24,161 nucleotides of DNA from an uncultured Lachnospiraceae bacterium. GTDB taxonomy: Bacteria > Bacillota > Clostridia > UBA1381. Position numbers and translations under genes: made by a program. Every line of letters starts with the position of its first letter. Positions within the stretch are counted from its first letter, which is position 1. The notes below the pieces were generated by a model. The model ran no database searches. It was given only the letters and a program-made list of their open reading frames with translations, and had not been told where the DNA came from. The stretch covers positions 1 to 24,161 of the forward strand of contig CAYMCT010000001.1 of the NCBI GenBank assembly GCA_964389075.1. The letters are read 5' to 3'. Positions 24,114 through 24,161 of this stretch are shown one piece after another.

Positions 24114-24161
24114 ATGAATCTACCGGATAAATTTTGCGAGCGTATGCGGAATATGCTCGGC
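24114..24161 (+). CDS. 5' fragment of a probable RsmF/NOL1-NOP2-Sun RNA m5C methyltransferase
   Basis: SD AAGGA; MNLPDKFCERMRNMLG resembles the LP..F..RM...LG N-terminus of Firmicutes RsmF-like proteins; only 16 codons visible. Confidence 0.55.
   Translation, partial: MNLPDKFCERMRNMLG

Overview
Chromosomal segment of a low-GC Clostridia-type (Bacillota) anaerobe with dispersed pectin/rhamnogalacturonan genes (GH105-type hydrolase truncated at the left edge, YesU/DUF1961, secreted PL11 lyase). This resembles gut pectin specialists, but the taxonomy is inferred only. Housekeeping genes include mutS2, ybaK, a DUF1015 gene, a DnaD-domain gene, an LTA-synthase-family gene, rlmD, a DUF1846 gene, an iron cluster (feoA-feoB-Cys-rich peptide-DUF3793-flavodoxin with repeated TTAG-N6-CTAA boxes) and the start of an RsmF-like gene. 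The most notable feature is a 1187-bp AT-rich, integrase-free cassette inserted in the 3' end of rlmD, with a displaced rlmD-like tail (TPHIETVVLMSSK*) at 12881-12922. The cassette carries (i) a 176-nt symmetric ladder of 4xTCGATAT and 4xATATCGA separated by small hairpins, (ii) a four-helix-bundle (Avd/23S-IVP-like) gene and (iii) an HNH nuclease lacking the usual Zn-binding cysteines. A second candidate system is a promoter, a ~160-nt structured RNA and a terminator followed by an orphan 152-aa ORF at 19508-20185. All family calls come from motif recognition, not database searches.
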